A DNA stretch of 64,000 nucleotides, taken from the IMG/VR virus record IMGVR_UViG_3300027581_000001. One strand, given 5' to 3'. The position numbers and the translations under genes were made by a program. Shown piece after piece: positions 1 through 9,955 of this stretch. The notes under the pieces were generated by a model. The model did no database searches, had not been told where the DNA came from, and saw only the letters and a program-made list of their open reading frames with translations. The stretch is from an uncultured virus (IMG/VR IMGVR_UViG_3300027581_000001) (taxonomy: Duplodnaviria; Heunggongvirae; Uroviricota; Caudoviricetes; Kyanoviridae). Within the stretch, counting starts at the first letter, position 1, and every line of letters starts with the position of its first letter.

Positions 1-690
1 ACCTTTTGAACCTCCACCTTTTGAACCTCCACCAAATCCACCAGATCCAGCAAAAAGCATTCCTGCAATTATTACAGTGTTTAAAAATGTATTCAGAGTG
101 CTTGATAACTGATCAAACTGGTTTTCTCCTCTCTTACCAAAAAGATTTTTTACAAGTCCTCTTGTTGCATCATATGCTTTGTATCCTATATCAATAAAAG
201 TCACCAACCCATTTAAAAATTTTCCTCCAATATCAATAATAAAATCTGCAGCATTTCCTAAAAATTTAAGAATAGGCATTATTTTTGGAAGATGCTCAAT
301 CAATCTTACTGCAAAATACCCAAGAATAATATTACCAATAAAGTTTTTAATCCAATCCAAAATGCCCATTCTTGGGGCAGCAGGAAGTTTGACTTTACCA
401 CCACTCTCTACATTTGGTTTTGTTTCTAACTTTGTCTCTATATCTTCTTTTCTTTTTCTACTTGTTGCTTTCTTTTTATCATCAAGTTGTTTTTTGTCTA
501 GTGCAAGTGAACCCTTAAGAATATCTTCTATTTTAATAACGTTTATTTTAATACCCTCTATACTTTTAATTGATTTTTTTGATAAAACAATATTAGCAGA
601 CCCACCACCAATCATCCTTTCTTGCTGTGCCTTTTGCATTACAAGTCTTCCTGATGATTTATTTAAAAGTTTATCTGTGTTGATTGTCAT
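1..690 (-). CDS. Large tail-associated/tape-measure-like protein, N-terminal part (runs off the window)
   Basis: Hand-translated open frame from ATG at 690 (MTINTDKLLNKSSG...MGILDWIKNFIGNIILGYF...GGFGGGSKGGGSKG) with no stop seen to position 1; resembles the N-terminus of the adjacent 912-aa ORF. Confidence 0.6.
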   Translation of the reverse strand, partial: MTINTDKLLNKSSGRLVMQKAQQERMIGGGSANIVLSKKSIKSIEGIKINVIKIEDILKGSLALDKKQLDDKKKATSRKRKEDIETKLETKPNVESGGKVKLPAAPRMGILDWIKNFIGNIILGYFAVRLIEHLPKIMPILKFLGNAADFIIDIGGKFLNGLVTFIDIGYKAYDATRGLVKNLFGKRGENQFDQLSSTLNTFLNTVIIAGMLFAGSGGFGGGSKGGGSKG

Positions 691-695
691 CTATT

Positions 696-3434
696 TTATT
701 TCCTATGCACACCAAGAGTTGTTTGTTTTGCATTACCACCCGGACCTTGAGCACTGAAACTTGGAGTGCTTGTAGATGCACCACTTCCTGGTCTATTTCT
801 TTTTTGAGGTGCTGGTGGAGCATAAACTACTTTTGGTTTTGGATTTACTGGTGGTTTTATTACTCCCCCTCTTACATTTTTTGGTTTTGATCTTGGAATT
901 TGAGCTTTTGTATTTTCGTCTTTTGGTTTTCCAGACATTCCCAATAAACCACCAAGCAATGTTTTACTTCCAGCGAGACCCATTTCTTCTTCGGCAGTTC
1001 TTTTGCCACCAAGAATCATATCAACATCACCTTTTCCTTTAAAAGGATTTAATTGATGTGCAGCTTGAAGTCTTTCTTTAAATGGAACACTTCTTCCAAA
1101 CATTTTATCTCTAATTAGTTCTCCTGTATCAAGATCTTTATCAACTATTTTACCAGTCTTAGGATCTTTTACTTTTTTCTTAAGGGAATCAAAATTATAC
1201 TTATCTTCTACTCTATACCCACCACCCATTTCTTTACTTCTTTTATTAGCCCAAAATTGACCAAGAATGTTTTTAGCATTCTCAGCAGCAGGACTCATAT
1301 TTCCTTTTGAGTCTGCATAATCTGTATATTGAACTCTTACACCACCTGCATCTAATTTTTTTAAGAAACTTCGTTGAATTGCTAATGCCTCTCTACCCTT
1401 TGGAGTTTTTGATGCTCCAGAATCCTCAAGTTCTTTAATCTTTGTTTCTGCCTTTTCTTTCTCAACACCAGTTCTCAACTTTGCTCTTTCAATTGCTTTT
1501 TGTAATTCTGCTTTAGAATCTTTACCCAAATTCATTTCACTTACCGGTCCATCAAATCCACCTAACATTTGTTTAGCATATATTGAACCAGCATCTAGAT
1601 AAGTTGATGCTCCCGGTCCTGTTAATTTTTGTCCAATTTCTTCAAAAAATCCTGGAGTTCCTGGTTTTGATGATGATGGTTTTGAATCTTTTATTCCCAT
1701 TATTCTTTTTACAGCACCAAGTGGGTCAGTTAATAAAGATCCTGTTGATGTCGAACCTCTAGGTCTAGAAGAAGATGGTTTTGAATCTTTTATTCCCATT
1801 ATTCTTTTTGCAGCACCAAGTGGGTCAGTTAGTAAAGATCCTGTTGATGTCGAACCTCTAGGTCTAGAAGAAGATGGATCAGCACCACTTTGTCCTCCTC
1901 TACTGCCAGAAGATTGACCGTCACTGCCACCACCAAGAGTTAAGGATAAATTTTTAATAGCATTAAGTAAATCCCCGCCCTTTTCTTTACCCCCAGTTGT
2001 AATAGCACTGCCATAATTGTTCAAGGATGTTACTAATTTATCTCTTTTTTCTAAAATTGTATCCCTAACTTTTTCTTTTTCATCTCCAATCATTCCACCA
2101 CCCTTAGCATAAGTGGTTCCACTTATTATTTTTGGTTTATTTGTTCCTCCTCCAGCAGCATTCATTCCCTCAAGAGTATCCACACCATATTTTTGCACTG
2201 CTCCTGTAGACATCACAAACTCACCATCACTCAACATTGCAGGAACTTTATCTACACCTTTCTCACCACTCACAAACCCATTTACCATTTCTTGAGGTTT
2301 TCCAGAACCCAATGCACCACCAAGCAGCATACCAAGAGGTCCCAACATAGCACCCATTCCGGCACCACCCATCATACCTTTAAAGTTTAACCCACCACCA
2401 GAGAACCCATAAGATTTTGTTTGACCTGTTTTTAATGTTGAAAGTTGTTCGTCAATTTCTGACCCCTCACCCTGCATTTTTTGGAGGGGGTTGAGATTTG
2501 CTTTTTGTTGCTCTAACGATTTAATTTTATCTTCTGTTGAACCTGGTTTTGATTTAGTTTTTTTCTCTTGTTCGTCAACTGTTCCGGGGAACATAGCAGG
2601 TACTGTAGCTCCTGCAGTAAGTAATCCGACAGCAAGTGCTGCTTTTGGATTTCTTGCTATTAGTTTTAACAACTGAGGTATAAGAACCTTACCAATTTTG
2701 AAAATAAATCCTCCTATCATTTTAGTTAGACCTAAAGTAAGCCTACCAAAGGATGTGCCAAATAAAACAAAAGCAGTCAGTATAGCGGGTCCAAAATCTT
2801 TGAGAAATCTACTAATTGATTTTACTTTATCAGCATTTTTAGGATCACCAAACCATTCTAATAGTTTATAGACAACTCTTCCAAGAAAAACTGTTACGAA
2901 GAAATCAATTATTCTATCCAGAATACCTTTGACTGGTGCTATAACTTTTTCTGCAGCAGACTTTAATCCTTCAAATCTCTTTTCTAAATTACCTTCTGCA
3001 ACTCCTCTTTTTTCTTGCTCTGCTTTTCTTCTATCAAAAGCAGCACTATTATCAAGTGCTTTTTTTCTACCTGCTAATATTGCTGCAATAGAAGATACTG
3101 ATACAGAAATCTTTGTGATACTATCTTCTACATTTGAAGTAGAACTTCCTGGTAGTTTCGCACCAATATTTTCTCCACTTATTCTACTACTTTGACTCTT
3201 TAATATATTTTTAAGAATGGTTATTTTTCTAGAATTATTATTAACGATCTTTTCTATACTAACAACTGATGTAGCAAGTTGTCTTACATTACCAATAAGA
3301 CTTACAAATGTTTTTTGTACGTTGAGAATACTTTTAGAAACATCAACAGATCCCCCCTTCTTAAAACTTTCAGCAGAGATTAAAGTTTTTTTGAGTTGTG
3401 AATCTAGACTTTTTAAATCGTTAGAATCGGGCAT
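696..3434 (-). CDS. Putative tape-measure/baseplate hub-associated protein (912 aa)
   Basis: Coiled-coil N-terminus, amphipathic helices, GFVSGEKGVDKVPAMLSDGEFVM motif typical of tape-measure C-terminal regions; lies downstream of gp26/gp51. Confidence 0.55.
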   Translation of the reverse strand: MPDSNDLKSLDSQLKKTLISAESFKKGGSVDVSKSILNVQKTFVSLIGNVRQLATSVVSIEKIVNNNSRKITILKNILKSQSSRISGENIGAKLPGSSTSNVEDSITKISVSVSSIAAILAGRKKALDNSAAFDRRKAEQEKRGVAEGNLEKRFEGLKSAAEKVIAPVKGILDRIIDFFVTVFLGRVVYKLLEWFGDPKNADKVKSISRFLKDFGPAILTAFVLFGTSFGRLTLGLTKMIGGFIFKIGKVLIPQLLKLIARNPKAALAVGLLTAGATVPAMFPGTVDEQEKKTKSKPGSTEDKIKSLEQQKANLNPLQKMQGEGSEIDEQLSTLKTGQTKSYGFSGGGLNFKGMMGGAGMGAMLGPLGMLLGGALGSGKPQEMVNGFVSGEKGVDKVPAMLSDGEFVMSTGAVQKYGVDTLEGMNAAGGGTNKPKIISGTTYAKGGGMIGDEKEKVRDTILEKRDKLVTSLNNYGSAITTGGKEKGGDLLNAIKNLSLTLGGGSDGQSSGSRGGQSGADPSSSRPRGSTSTGSLLTDPLGAAKRIMGIKDSKPSSSRPRGSTSTGSLLTDPLGAVKRIMGIKDSKPSSSKPGTPGFFEEIGQKLTGPGASTYLDAGSIYAKQMLGGFDGPVSEMNLGKDSKAELQKAIERAKLRTGVEKEKAETKIKELEDSGASKTPKGREALAIQRSFLKKLDAGGVRVQYTDYADSKGNMSPAAENAKNILGQFWANKRSKEMGGGYRVEDKYNFDSLKKKVKDPKTGKIVDKDLDTGELIRDKMFGRSVPFKERLQAAHQLNPFKGKGDVDMILGGKRTAEEEMGLAGSKTLLGGLLGMSGKPKDENTKAQIPRSKPKNVRGGVIKPPVNPKPKVVYAPPAPQKRNRPGSGASTSTPSFSAQGPGGNAKQTTLGVHRK
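1675..1878. repeat. 99-bp in-frame tandem duplication (33-aa repeat) in the 912-aa protein
   Basis: SSSRPRGSTSTGSLLTDPLGA(A/V)KRIMGIKDSKP occurs twice; copies start near 1675 and 1774. Confidence 0.9.
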
Positions 3435-3476
3435 TGCTCATCTGTTGAGTATCTCAGTTTAATTATTTATGGGGGA

Positions 3477-3545
3477 TGGACAGAACAAGAAGTGGCCACT
3501 CCGAGTGATTTGTGGTGAATATGGTGTTATTATATAGAGGTAAAC
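3477..3545 (+). promoter_or_regulatory. Early-type promoter region of a small + strand cassette
   Basis: GGACAG-N-AAGTGGCCAC element, then TATTAT/TATATA -10-like hexamer and AGAGGT RBS before ATG 3556. Confidence 0.45.
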
Positions 3546-3555
3546 AAACAAATCT

Positions 3556-3833
3556 ATGAAAGGACTTCTTAATTTTTATCTTGCTTCATCTCTTTCAATA
3601 ACAACTGTAGCAACTGGTGCTTATCTCTTTCAATAACAACTGTAGCAACTGGTGCTTGTTTTGTTTGGTATGTGCAGGAATATAATGCTGCATACAAGTA
3701 TTATAAAATTGTACCAGAAACCTCTCAAATTCATCGCACTAACGCACTTTGGTTGGGTTTGTGGGGTGGGATCTATGGTCTTACTGGTGTAGTAAGTGCA
3801 ATTGGTTTATCTCAAGGAATTAAAAAAAACTAA
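3556..3833 (+). pseudogene. Small two-TM membrane protein (80 aa) frameshifted by a 35-bp tandem duplication
   Basis: Removing one copy of 3588-3622/3623-3657 restores MKGLLNFYLASSLSITTVATGACFVWYVQEY...LWLGLWGGIYGLTGVVSAIGLSQGIKKN*. Confidence 0.75.
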
Positions 3834-3946
3834 TGAAAACTTTTATTCTCTCCATACTTCTTGTTCCATTTCTTCTTTATGGTGGAACAATAGTTTTGTT
3901 TGCAACACTACAACACGTAAAAGTAGAATTACCAACACCAAATTGA
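3833..3946 (+). CDS. Small hydrophobic protein (37 aa)
   Basis: MKTFILSILLVPFLLYGGTIVLFATLQHVKVELPTPN; TAATG coupling with the upstream stop; followed by a terminator. Confidence 0.6.
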   Translation: MKTFILSILLVPFLLYGGTIVLFATLQHVKVELPTPN

Positions 3947-3970
3947 GGGTCATTAAGACCCTCTTTTTTT
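3945..3970 (+). terminator. Rho-independent terminator
   Basis: GAGGGTC-ATTAA-GACCCTC followed by a T-run. Confidence 0.8.
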
Positions 3971-3981
3971 ATGCGTCAATA

Positions 3982-4170
3982 TTAGAATCTGGTATTGCTT
4001 ATTTGTTGTTTTTGTTTTAACTCTTCCTCTTCAAGATGCTGCTGAAGTAATCCAACATAAACATCTCTTTCCCAGGGAATCATATTTTCAATTTCCCATA
4101 ATGAATATTTATGATACTGTATCAAAGAAAAATTTAAACGAAAATAATTCTCAAGGTCCATATGGACCAT
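3982..4170 (-). CDS. gp51: Baseplate hub assembly catalyst gp51
   Basis: LENYFRLNFSLIQYHKYSLWEIENMIPWERDVY motif; follows gp26. Confidence 0.85.
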   Translation of the reverse strand: MVHMDLENYFRLNFSLIQYHKYSLWEIENMIPWERDVYVGLLQQHLEEEELKQKQQISNTRF

Positions 4171-4172
4171 TC

Positions 4173-4892
4173 CTATGCGAAAAAACTTGCTAACCCTTCT
4201 AAAATAACTTCACTTTCAACTTCTGTTTTTGGATTTTTTATTTTAAGAGTATGAGAGAGTTTAGGCATAGTATCAAAGAACTTCTCAATGTCTTTGAATT
4301 GGGAAGAGTTCATTGAGTCTAAAAATTCAGTAACTTCTTTTTTTGTTACATCAGCAGTAGACCAAACTTCATTTGCAGTGTAAATCTTATCAATACAAGA
4401 TGCAATAAGATCAAAGGATTGATCCATAGCATTTCCACCCTCAAAATCAAAATTGTTCTTAATGAATTGGTCCAGTGATGGATACTTCATCTCCATCATA
4501 ACTGAATCATCAATCTTAATTTTTTTCTCGTGAGTTTCGTTTTTCTGAACCTTAATATCATCAAGGTTTATTTTTACAGGAACTTGAGTTTCCCCATCAT
4601 CAGGGCAAATAATATTAACTTCTATTTCTTCTCCAACAGACTTACCACGAATATTAAGAAACAAAAATTCAATATCAAAAGTAGGAAGTGCTTCTACTTT
4701 AATATTTTTAGTTATGATGCAATTTTTAATTACTGTTTTGATTGCAGTTGTAATTTGCTTTGTATCTTCACTCTCAAGAGCAATAACTAAAAGTTTTTCT
4801 TCTTTAACTAGAAATGGTCTGTATTGAATAGTCTCTTCAGTTGAGGGCAATTCAAGTTGATATGTTGGGGTAGCAATTTTTGGTAAAGGCAT
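4173..4892 (-). CDS. gp26: Baseplate hub subunit gp26
   Basis: MPLPKIATPTYQLELPS...YRPFLVKEEKLL...FLNIRGKSVGE. Confidence 0.9.
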   Translation of the reverse strand: MPLPKIATPTYQLELPSTEETIQYRPFLVKEEKLLVIALESEDTKQITTAIKTVIKNCIITKNIKVEALPTFDIEFLFLNIRGKSVGEEIEVNIICPDDGETQVPVKINLDDIKVQKNETHEKKIKIDDSVMMEMKYPSLDQFIKNNFDFEGGNAMDQSFDLIASCIDKIYTANEVWSTADVTKKEVTEFLDSMNSSQFKDIEKFFDTMPKLSHTLKIKNPKTEVESEVILEGLASFFA

Positions 4893-4928
4893 AATGTCCT
4901 ATAATAACTTCAGGTATTGTTATTTAGA

Positions 4929-5759
4929 TTAGAATATTGGAGGTATACTTGAACTTGTGCCGAATTGAGCATTCTGTAATGCCAGTGCTTCTGTAGTTAA
5001 AATATCTTGTGCTTCAATTGCATCCAATTGTGCTCCTGTAAGACCACCTGCTCCTACAAGTGCTTGTGGACTATCTGCTGCTCCTTTTGGAGATCCGGAT
5101 GAAGACTTTTGTGATGCCTCAGCAGATCCTTGCACCAAAACATATCTGATATAACTCATAGAAACCGTACATTTAAGTAGAGAAGAAGAATCATATGAAA
5201 CCGGCATTGAATTAATGCTAATTGGGAAGGCTCTTATAAACTTATATTCTAATGTTTGTGTGTAGTCTCTTTCAAATTTTGTAACAGTTAATCCATCTGC
5301 TGTGTATCCATTTTTTCCCTCAGGATACCTAACCCTATAAAAATATTCCCTATCTTCCGATCCAGCATTTTTATCTGCTTGTTTTCCCCTACTTTCGTCT
5401 ACAATATACTTCATCCAAGTTTCAAAATATCTAATTGGAAGATAATTACCAGCATCAACATAGAATGTTAAGTCAATACGATCATCATAAACTCTTCTAT
5501 ATGCATGTCGTTCTGTTACACCATGAAAATTATCATTAATCTCAAAGGTTGCTAAATTAGACCCAGGAAGAACTGCTTCTGAGCACATTAAATCCAACTT
5601 TCCTTGATTTAAATTAACACCATTATATTTCAAAAACGCACTAAAGTCACCACCAATTGGTTTTGGAATTGTAACAGCAAAATGAGAGGTAAGTGCAGGA
5701 CGAAGTAAGTTAAGTTTAATATCTGCTATATTTTTGGGAGTGGGAGTAACACCAGCCAT
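4929..5759 (-). CDS. Tail tube initiator-like protein (gp54/gp19-like fold)
   Basis: LMCSEAVLPG, IDLTFYVD and AFPISINSMPVSY..LKCTVSMSY motifs; lies between gp26 and gp4. Confidence 0.6.
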   Translation of the reverse strand: MAGVTPTPKNIADIKLNLLRPALTSHFAVTIPKPIGGDFSAFLKYNGVNLNQGKLDLMCSEAVLPGSNLATFEINDNFHGVTERHAYRRVYDDRIDLTFYVDAGNYLPIRYFETWMKYIVDESRGKQADKNAGSEDREYFYRVRYPEGKNGYTADGLTVTKFERDYTQTLEYKFIRAFPISINSMPVSYDSSSLLKCTVSMSYIRYVLVQGSAEASQKSSSGSPKGAADSPQALVGAGGLTGAQLDAIEAQDILTTEALALQNAQFGTSSSIPPIF

Positions 5760-5760
5760 T

Positions 5761-5768
5761 TATAAATA
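5761..5768 (+). promoter_or_regulatory. T4-type late promoter
   Basis: Exact TATAAATA upstream of gp4. Confidence 0.75.
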
Positions 5769-5801
5769 CTTTTTGATCGTATATATTATGTAGTAGAGAT
5801 A

Positions 5802-6245
5802 ATGGCTGAAAGTTTAAAGAGTGTTTATAAGCCATCCTACCCACAAAAATACATTGGCAACGTTAATAATATCATATGCAGAAGCAGTTGGGAAAGGAGA
5901 TTTTGTCGGTGGTGTGATCTAAATGAAAATATAATATCTTGGGGTTCAGAAGAGTTTTGTGTTCCATATAAATCTCCAATTGATAATAAAGTTCATAGAT
6001 ACTACCCAGATTTTATTATTAAAGTAAAGGAACAATCTGGTGAGATCAAAACTTATGTGATTGAGGTAAAACCTAAAAAGCAAACAATGGTTCCTCAGAG
6101 GAAATCAAGAGTTACAAAATCATATCTATATGAATGTAAGACTTATGCAGTCAATCAAGCAAAGTGGAATGCTGCAGAGGAATGGTGTAAAGACCGAATG
6201 ATTAACTTTATGATTATCACCGAAGATCATCTTGGTATCAAATAA
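5802..6245 (+). CDS. gp4: Head completion nuclease gp4
   Basis: RSSWERRFCRWCD..WGSEE..HRYYPDF..IEVKP (TnsA-like nuclease). Confidence 0.9.
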   Translation: MAESLKSVYKPSYPQKYIGNVNNIICRSSWERRFCRWCDLNENIISWGSEEFCVPYKSPIDNKVHRYYPDFIIKVKEQSGEIKTYVIEVKPKKQTMVPQRKSRVTKSYLYECKTYAVNQAKWNAAEEWCKDRMINFMIITEDHLGIK

Positions 6246-6640
6246 TGTCACAAAAAGGATTTGGTCAGTACATAGACAACTCATCCACAGCAAGAGTTAG
6301 AAAACTTAAAAAGGAAATTGCGAAGCAAGGGAGTAATGACCCAGAAGATTTAATGCTCATAATTATGGAACTTTTTACAGAAGAAGTTTTATATCCAGAA
6401 CCAGGAAAGTTTTATACTTTTTTCTACAATGCAAAAACACCAAAATTAGAATATGACCAACATCCATTAATTGCTTGCACTTCACTGGAAAGGTGGGGGT
6501 TTAGAGGAATTAATTTTCATTGGAGAAAGGCAAGGCAATATACTTGGGAAGAAGTCTCAGGAAAACTTCATATTGTTAAATATAATGAACTTGATGAACT
6601 ACTCACAATACCTTATGCAAAATTCCGTCTAAATAAATAA
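6245..6640 (+). CDS. DNA end protector gp2-like protein
   Basis: PGKFYTFFYNAKT..YDQHPLI..GINFHW resembles the T4 gp2 core. Confidence 0.6.
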   Translation: MSQKGFGQYIDNSSTARVRKLKKEIAKQGSNDPEDLMLIIMELFTEEVLYPEPGKFYTFFYNAKTPKLEYDQHPLIACTSLERWGFRGINFHWRKARQYTWEEVSGKLHIVKYNELDELLTIPYAKFRLNK

Positions 6641-6655
6641 AACCATTCGTGTCTA

Positions 6656-7942
6656 ATGGCAACTAGACTACCTCCAGGTCAAGGAGCACTTCAAAACTGG
6701 AACAATATAAATTTAAACAAACCAGAGCAATATTCATCAGAATTTATTGTTGGTGGAAATAAGTTTGCGAATGTAACTGATGTTTCCACAGGACAGAGAC
6801 AATTATATTTTGTGCAACCTGTATCTAATCAGAGAGGGTTACTCACAACAACAAATGCAGATGGAACAATAACAAAAGGTGGTAATTATGATAACTTTAA
6901 TCAAGGTAACCCAGGAAAATTAGCAGCAGCAGAAGCAGCAAGCAAACAGGCATCTGTTGTACTTTTATCAACTCCAAATATATCAACACCAGCAGAATCA
7001 GCAGCAATAAAAAATTCAAGTCAATTTAAATCAACTGCTGCTGGAAATAATGCAGCAACTGGTGGATCTGCTAGTGAGTCTGCTCCAGTTGTAAACCCAC
7101 CATTAGACAAAGATACAAAAAAAGGAGATGCAGGATCTTTTGTGTATCCTGCAAACTTGGCTCAAACGCATCAGGATATAATTAAATTTAATCTGATAAA
7201 ATACATCCCCGGTGGAATTCCAACCCCAGGTAGATCGGGAAGACCTGCTTCAGGTGAAATATTAGGAACTGTTGTTCTTCCAGTTCCTAATAACATTTCT
7301 GATGTCAATGCTGCCGAGTGGGGAGCAGATAAAATGAATGCTGTTGAAGCTGCAGCAGCAGCTGCTGCTTTTGCAAGTATTACGGATGGTTTTGGCGCAG
7401 GAATGGAAAGTGTTGGGGCATCTCTTAAACAATTTGGATCAGATCCAACAAGCAAAAAATTTGTAGCAGCTGGGTTTGCCGGTGCAGCCATGGGTGGTGA
7501 AGGTGCTAAAATATTATCAAGGGCAAGTGGTCAAATTGTAAATCCTAATGTGGAACTCTTGTTTAATGCACCAACATTAAGAGCTTTTAGTTTTACTTTT
7601 AAATTAGCAGCAAGAAATCCAGATGAAGGAAAAACAATTATTAAAATTATAAGATTTTTTAAGAGAGGGATGTCTCCAATTAGATCAGAATCAAATTTAT
7701 TTCTAAAATCACCTAATACATTTACAATTCAATATATGAAGGGGGACGCAGATAACCCCAACATAGGTAAAATAAAAGAATGTGCCCTACAAAGTATAAC
7801 TACTAACTACACTCCTGAAGGACAATATGCAACCTTTAGTGATGGTGTGATGGTTTCTTATCAAATTACAATGCAGTTTTCAGAACTTGAACCAATATTC
7901 ACTAAAGATTATGATAGTTCACCAGATGGAATAGGTTTCTAA
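6656..7942 (+). CDS. gp48: Baseplate tail-tube cap gp48
   Basis: NPNVELLFNAPTLRAFSFTFKL..CALQSITTNYTP..FSELEPI. Confidence 0.85.
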   Translation: MATRLPPGQGALQNWNNINLNKPEQYSSEFIVGGNKFANVTDVSTGQRQLYFVQPVSNQRGLLTTTNADGTITKGGNYDNFNQGNPGKLAAAEAASKQASVVLLSTPNISTPAESAAIKNSSQFKSTAAGNNAATGGSASESAPVVNPPLDKDTKKGDAGSFVYPANLAQTHQDIIKFNLIKYIPGGIPTPGRSGRPASGEILGTVVLPVPNNISDVNAAEWGADKMNAVEAAAAAAAFASITDGFGAGMESVGASLKQFGSDPTSKKFVAAGFAGAAMGGEGAKILSRASGQIVNPNVELLFNAPTLRAFSFTFKLAARNPDEGKTIIKIIRFFKRGMSPIRSESNLFLKSPNTFTIQYMKGDADNPNIGKIKECALQSITTNYTPEGQYATFSDGVMVSYQITMQFSELEPIFTKDYDSSPDGIGF

Positions 7943-7943
7943 A

Positions 7944-8612
7944 ATGTCAAGTTATTTTCAAAGAGTTCCAGATTTCAATTATGTTAGCAGACTTCCTGAT
8001 TCTAAAATAGGAGATTATATTCGTGTAAAGAATTTATTTAAAAAAGGAAAACTCAGAGAAGACATTTTTCAGAATCTTGCCTTTTTTGAGAAGTATAAAA
8101 TCATTGGAGATGCTCGTCCTGATAATGTTGCATTTGAAGTTTATGATGACTCCTCATTAGATTGGCTTATTCTTTTATCAAATAATGTTCTTAATGTCCA
8201 ATCAGAATGGCCATTACCTCAAACAGATTTTGATAGATTTGTATTAGATAAGTATGGTGATTATAATACTCTTTATAATGGTGTTCATCATTATGAAACT
8301 ATAGAAGTTAAAAATAGTCAAGGAGTTGTAATTGTTCCTAAAGAACTTCATGTAGATTCTTCTTATTCTGTAAGTTATTACGATAATCTTACAGGTGAAC
8401 AAGTTACTACAGGAAATATTGCAACTCCAATCACAAATTATCAATACGAAGAAGAAATAGACAATAATAAGAGAAATATTTTTTTACTTAAACCCAGATA
8501 CTTAAATATAGTTTTTGATGATATGGAAGAAATTATGGTATACAAAAAAGGATCCACTCAGTATGTGAGTGAATCCTTGAAGACTGGAGATAATATCAAA
8601 CTCTATAGTTGA
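7944..8612 (+). CDS. gp53: Baseplate wedge subunit gp53
   Basis: RPDNVA..YDDSSLDWLILLSNN..WP..HHYET. Confidence 0.9.
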   Translation: MSSYFQRVPDFNYVSRLPDSKIGDYIRVKNLFKKGKLREDIFQNLAFFEKYKIIGDARPDNVAFEVYDDSSLDWLILLSNNVLNVQSEWPLPQTDFDRFVLDKYGDYNTLYNGVHHYETIEVKNSQGVVIVPKELHVDSSYSVSYYDNLTGEQVTTGNIATPITNYQYEEEIDNNKRNIFLLKPRYLNIVFDDMEEIMVYKKGSTQYVSESLKTGDNIKLYS

Positions 8613-9563
8613 TTACTCTGCCAATTTTTGGAAATATGAGAGTGCATCATCCTCATCTTCATCAATAGCAGTGACTGTAGGAAGTGTAGGAGACTTAGAA
8701 CGAGTATAAGACTGCTCAATTTCTTCTAGAACTTTAGCCTCACGATTTACTGGTTGATTATAAGATTCATACTCCTCTTCTTGTTCAACCACAGCACGAG
8801 ATTGTGTAGGAGAAGAAGTATGAGTCAAACCAAGAACCATATTCATTCTACGCTCAAGATCCTCATAGGACTTAAATTGATCTGGTGCAGTGATTGCAAT
8901 TAGAGAATGCTCTTTCTTCCAGATTGTTTCCATAGCATCATCGTCATTCAGTAAGGGACTTACACGATCAAACTCTGACTTATCATAATTCCAATACCCA
9001 TCTTTCTTTACGATCTTCATCTTAAAGTTAGCACCTTGCCAGAAATCAAATGGATTGATTGGTGATTCATCTTCAAATTCTGGTTGCATTGCATTCAGAA
9101 TTTTATCAAAGATTTTCTTGCCGTACTTAAACAAGAAGACCTTACCTTCATTGGAAGGATTTGTAGGATCTTTTACTACATAGATGTTGCTGTAGTAAGA
9201 GAGTTTGCGTTTCTGCTTACGAACAGTATCCTTATCTTTCTCATTACCACTATTCCAGAGTTCACGATTATATTCTGAAACAGGATCTTTCTGACCTACA
9301 GTAGTCAGACTGTTCTCAATATACCATCCACCATTTCCTTGAAATGCATGAGTGTATAATTTTACCCATGGAACTTCCTCACCATCAACGGCAGGAAGGA
9401 AACGAATTATTGCAGAACCCACCCCTGTTTTATCCATCTCTGGTTTCCAGAGACGTTCATCGGCACCACTCGAAGTAGTGCTCATTTTTTCTACTTGCTT
9501 CACTAATTTTTCAGTGAGTGAACCAAGAGATGATTGCTTTTTAAGATTAGCAAAATTAGTCAT
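8613..9563 (-). CDS. gp32: Single-stranded DNA-binding protein gp32
   Basis: DERLWKP..IRFLPA..WYIENSLTT..GANFKMKI; acidic C-terminal tail. Confidence 0.95.
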   Translation of the reverse strand: MTNFANLKKQSSLGSLTEKLVKQVEKMSTTSSGADERLWKPEMDKTGVGSAIIRFLPAVDGEEVPWVKLYTHAFQGNGGWYIENSLTTVGQKDPVSEYNRELWNSGNEKDKDTVRKQKRKLSYYSNIYVVKDPTNPSNEGKVFLFKYGKKIFDKILNAMQPEFEDESPINPFDFWQGANFKMKIVKKDGYWNYDKSEFDRVSPLLNDDDAMETIWKKEHSLIAITAPDQFKSYEDLERRMNMVLGLTHTSSPTQSRAVVEQEEEYESYNQPVNREAKVLEEIEQSYTRSKSPTLPTVTAIDEDEDDALSYFQKLAE

Positions 9564-9610
9564 TGATTACCTTTTGTTAGTTGGATTTGGCTTTTGTGTA
9601 CTTCTTTATT

Positions 9611-9955
9611 CTACAGGTCGGAACCTGTTTTGTCAATTTGTTGTCTCATCACTCCAAGCATTTTTGTCATATTGCTAAAGATAACATTCATATCAACATT
9701 AATAGGAAGACCCATCATCTGAGCAGAGTCAGAAATTTTTTTCTTCATCTCTTTTGCTTCAGGATCATCAGATAAACTCAAACGTGTATAAAGAATTTGT
9801 TGTTTATTCAAAAGTTTTTCCAAGAGAATGACGTGCTCAATTTTTTCCTCTTTTGTCATCAGAGGAAATCGAAATACACTTACATAAATCTCTTCCTGCA
9901 TATTTGAGATTTCAATCATCTCTGCATGGACAAGTTCAGAATTAAAAAAACTCAT
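9611..9955 (-). CDS. Conserved cyanophage protein (DUF1825-like)
   Basis: MSFFNSELV..LYTRLSLSDDPEAKEM. Confidence 0.65.
   Translation of the reverse strand: MSFFNSELVHAEMIEISNMQEEIYVSVFRFPLMTKEEKIEHVILLEKLLNKQQILYTRLSLSDDPEAKEMKKKISDSAQMMGLPINVDMNVIFSNMTKMLGVMRQQIDKTGSDL

Noticed and set aside
179..757. 192-aa + strand ORF
   Set aside because: Antisense shadow of the minus-strand CDS starting at 690.
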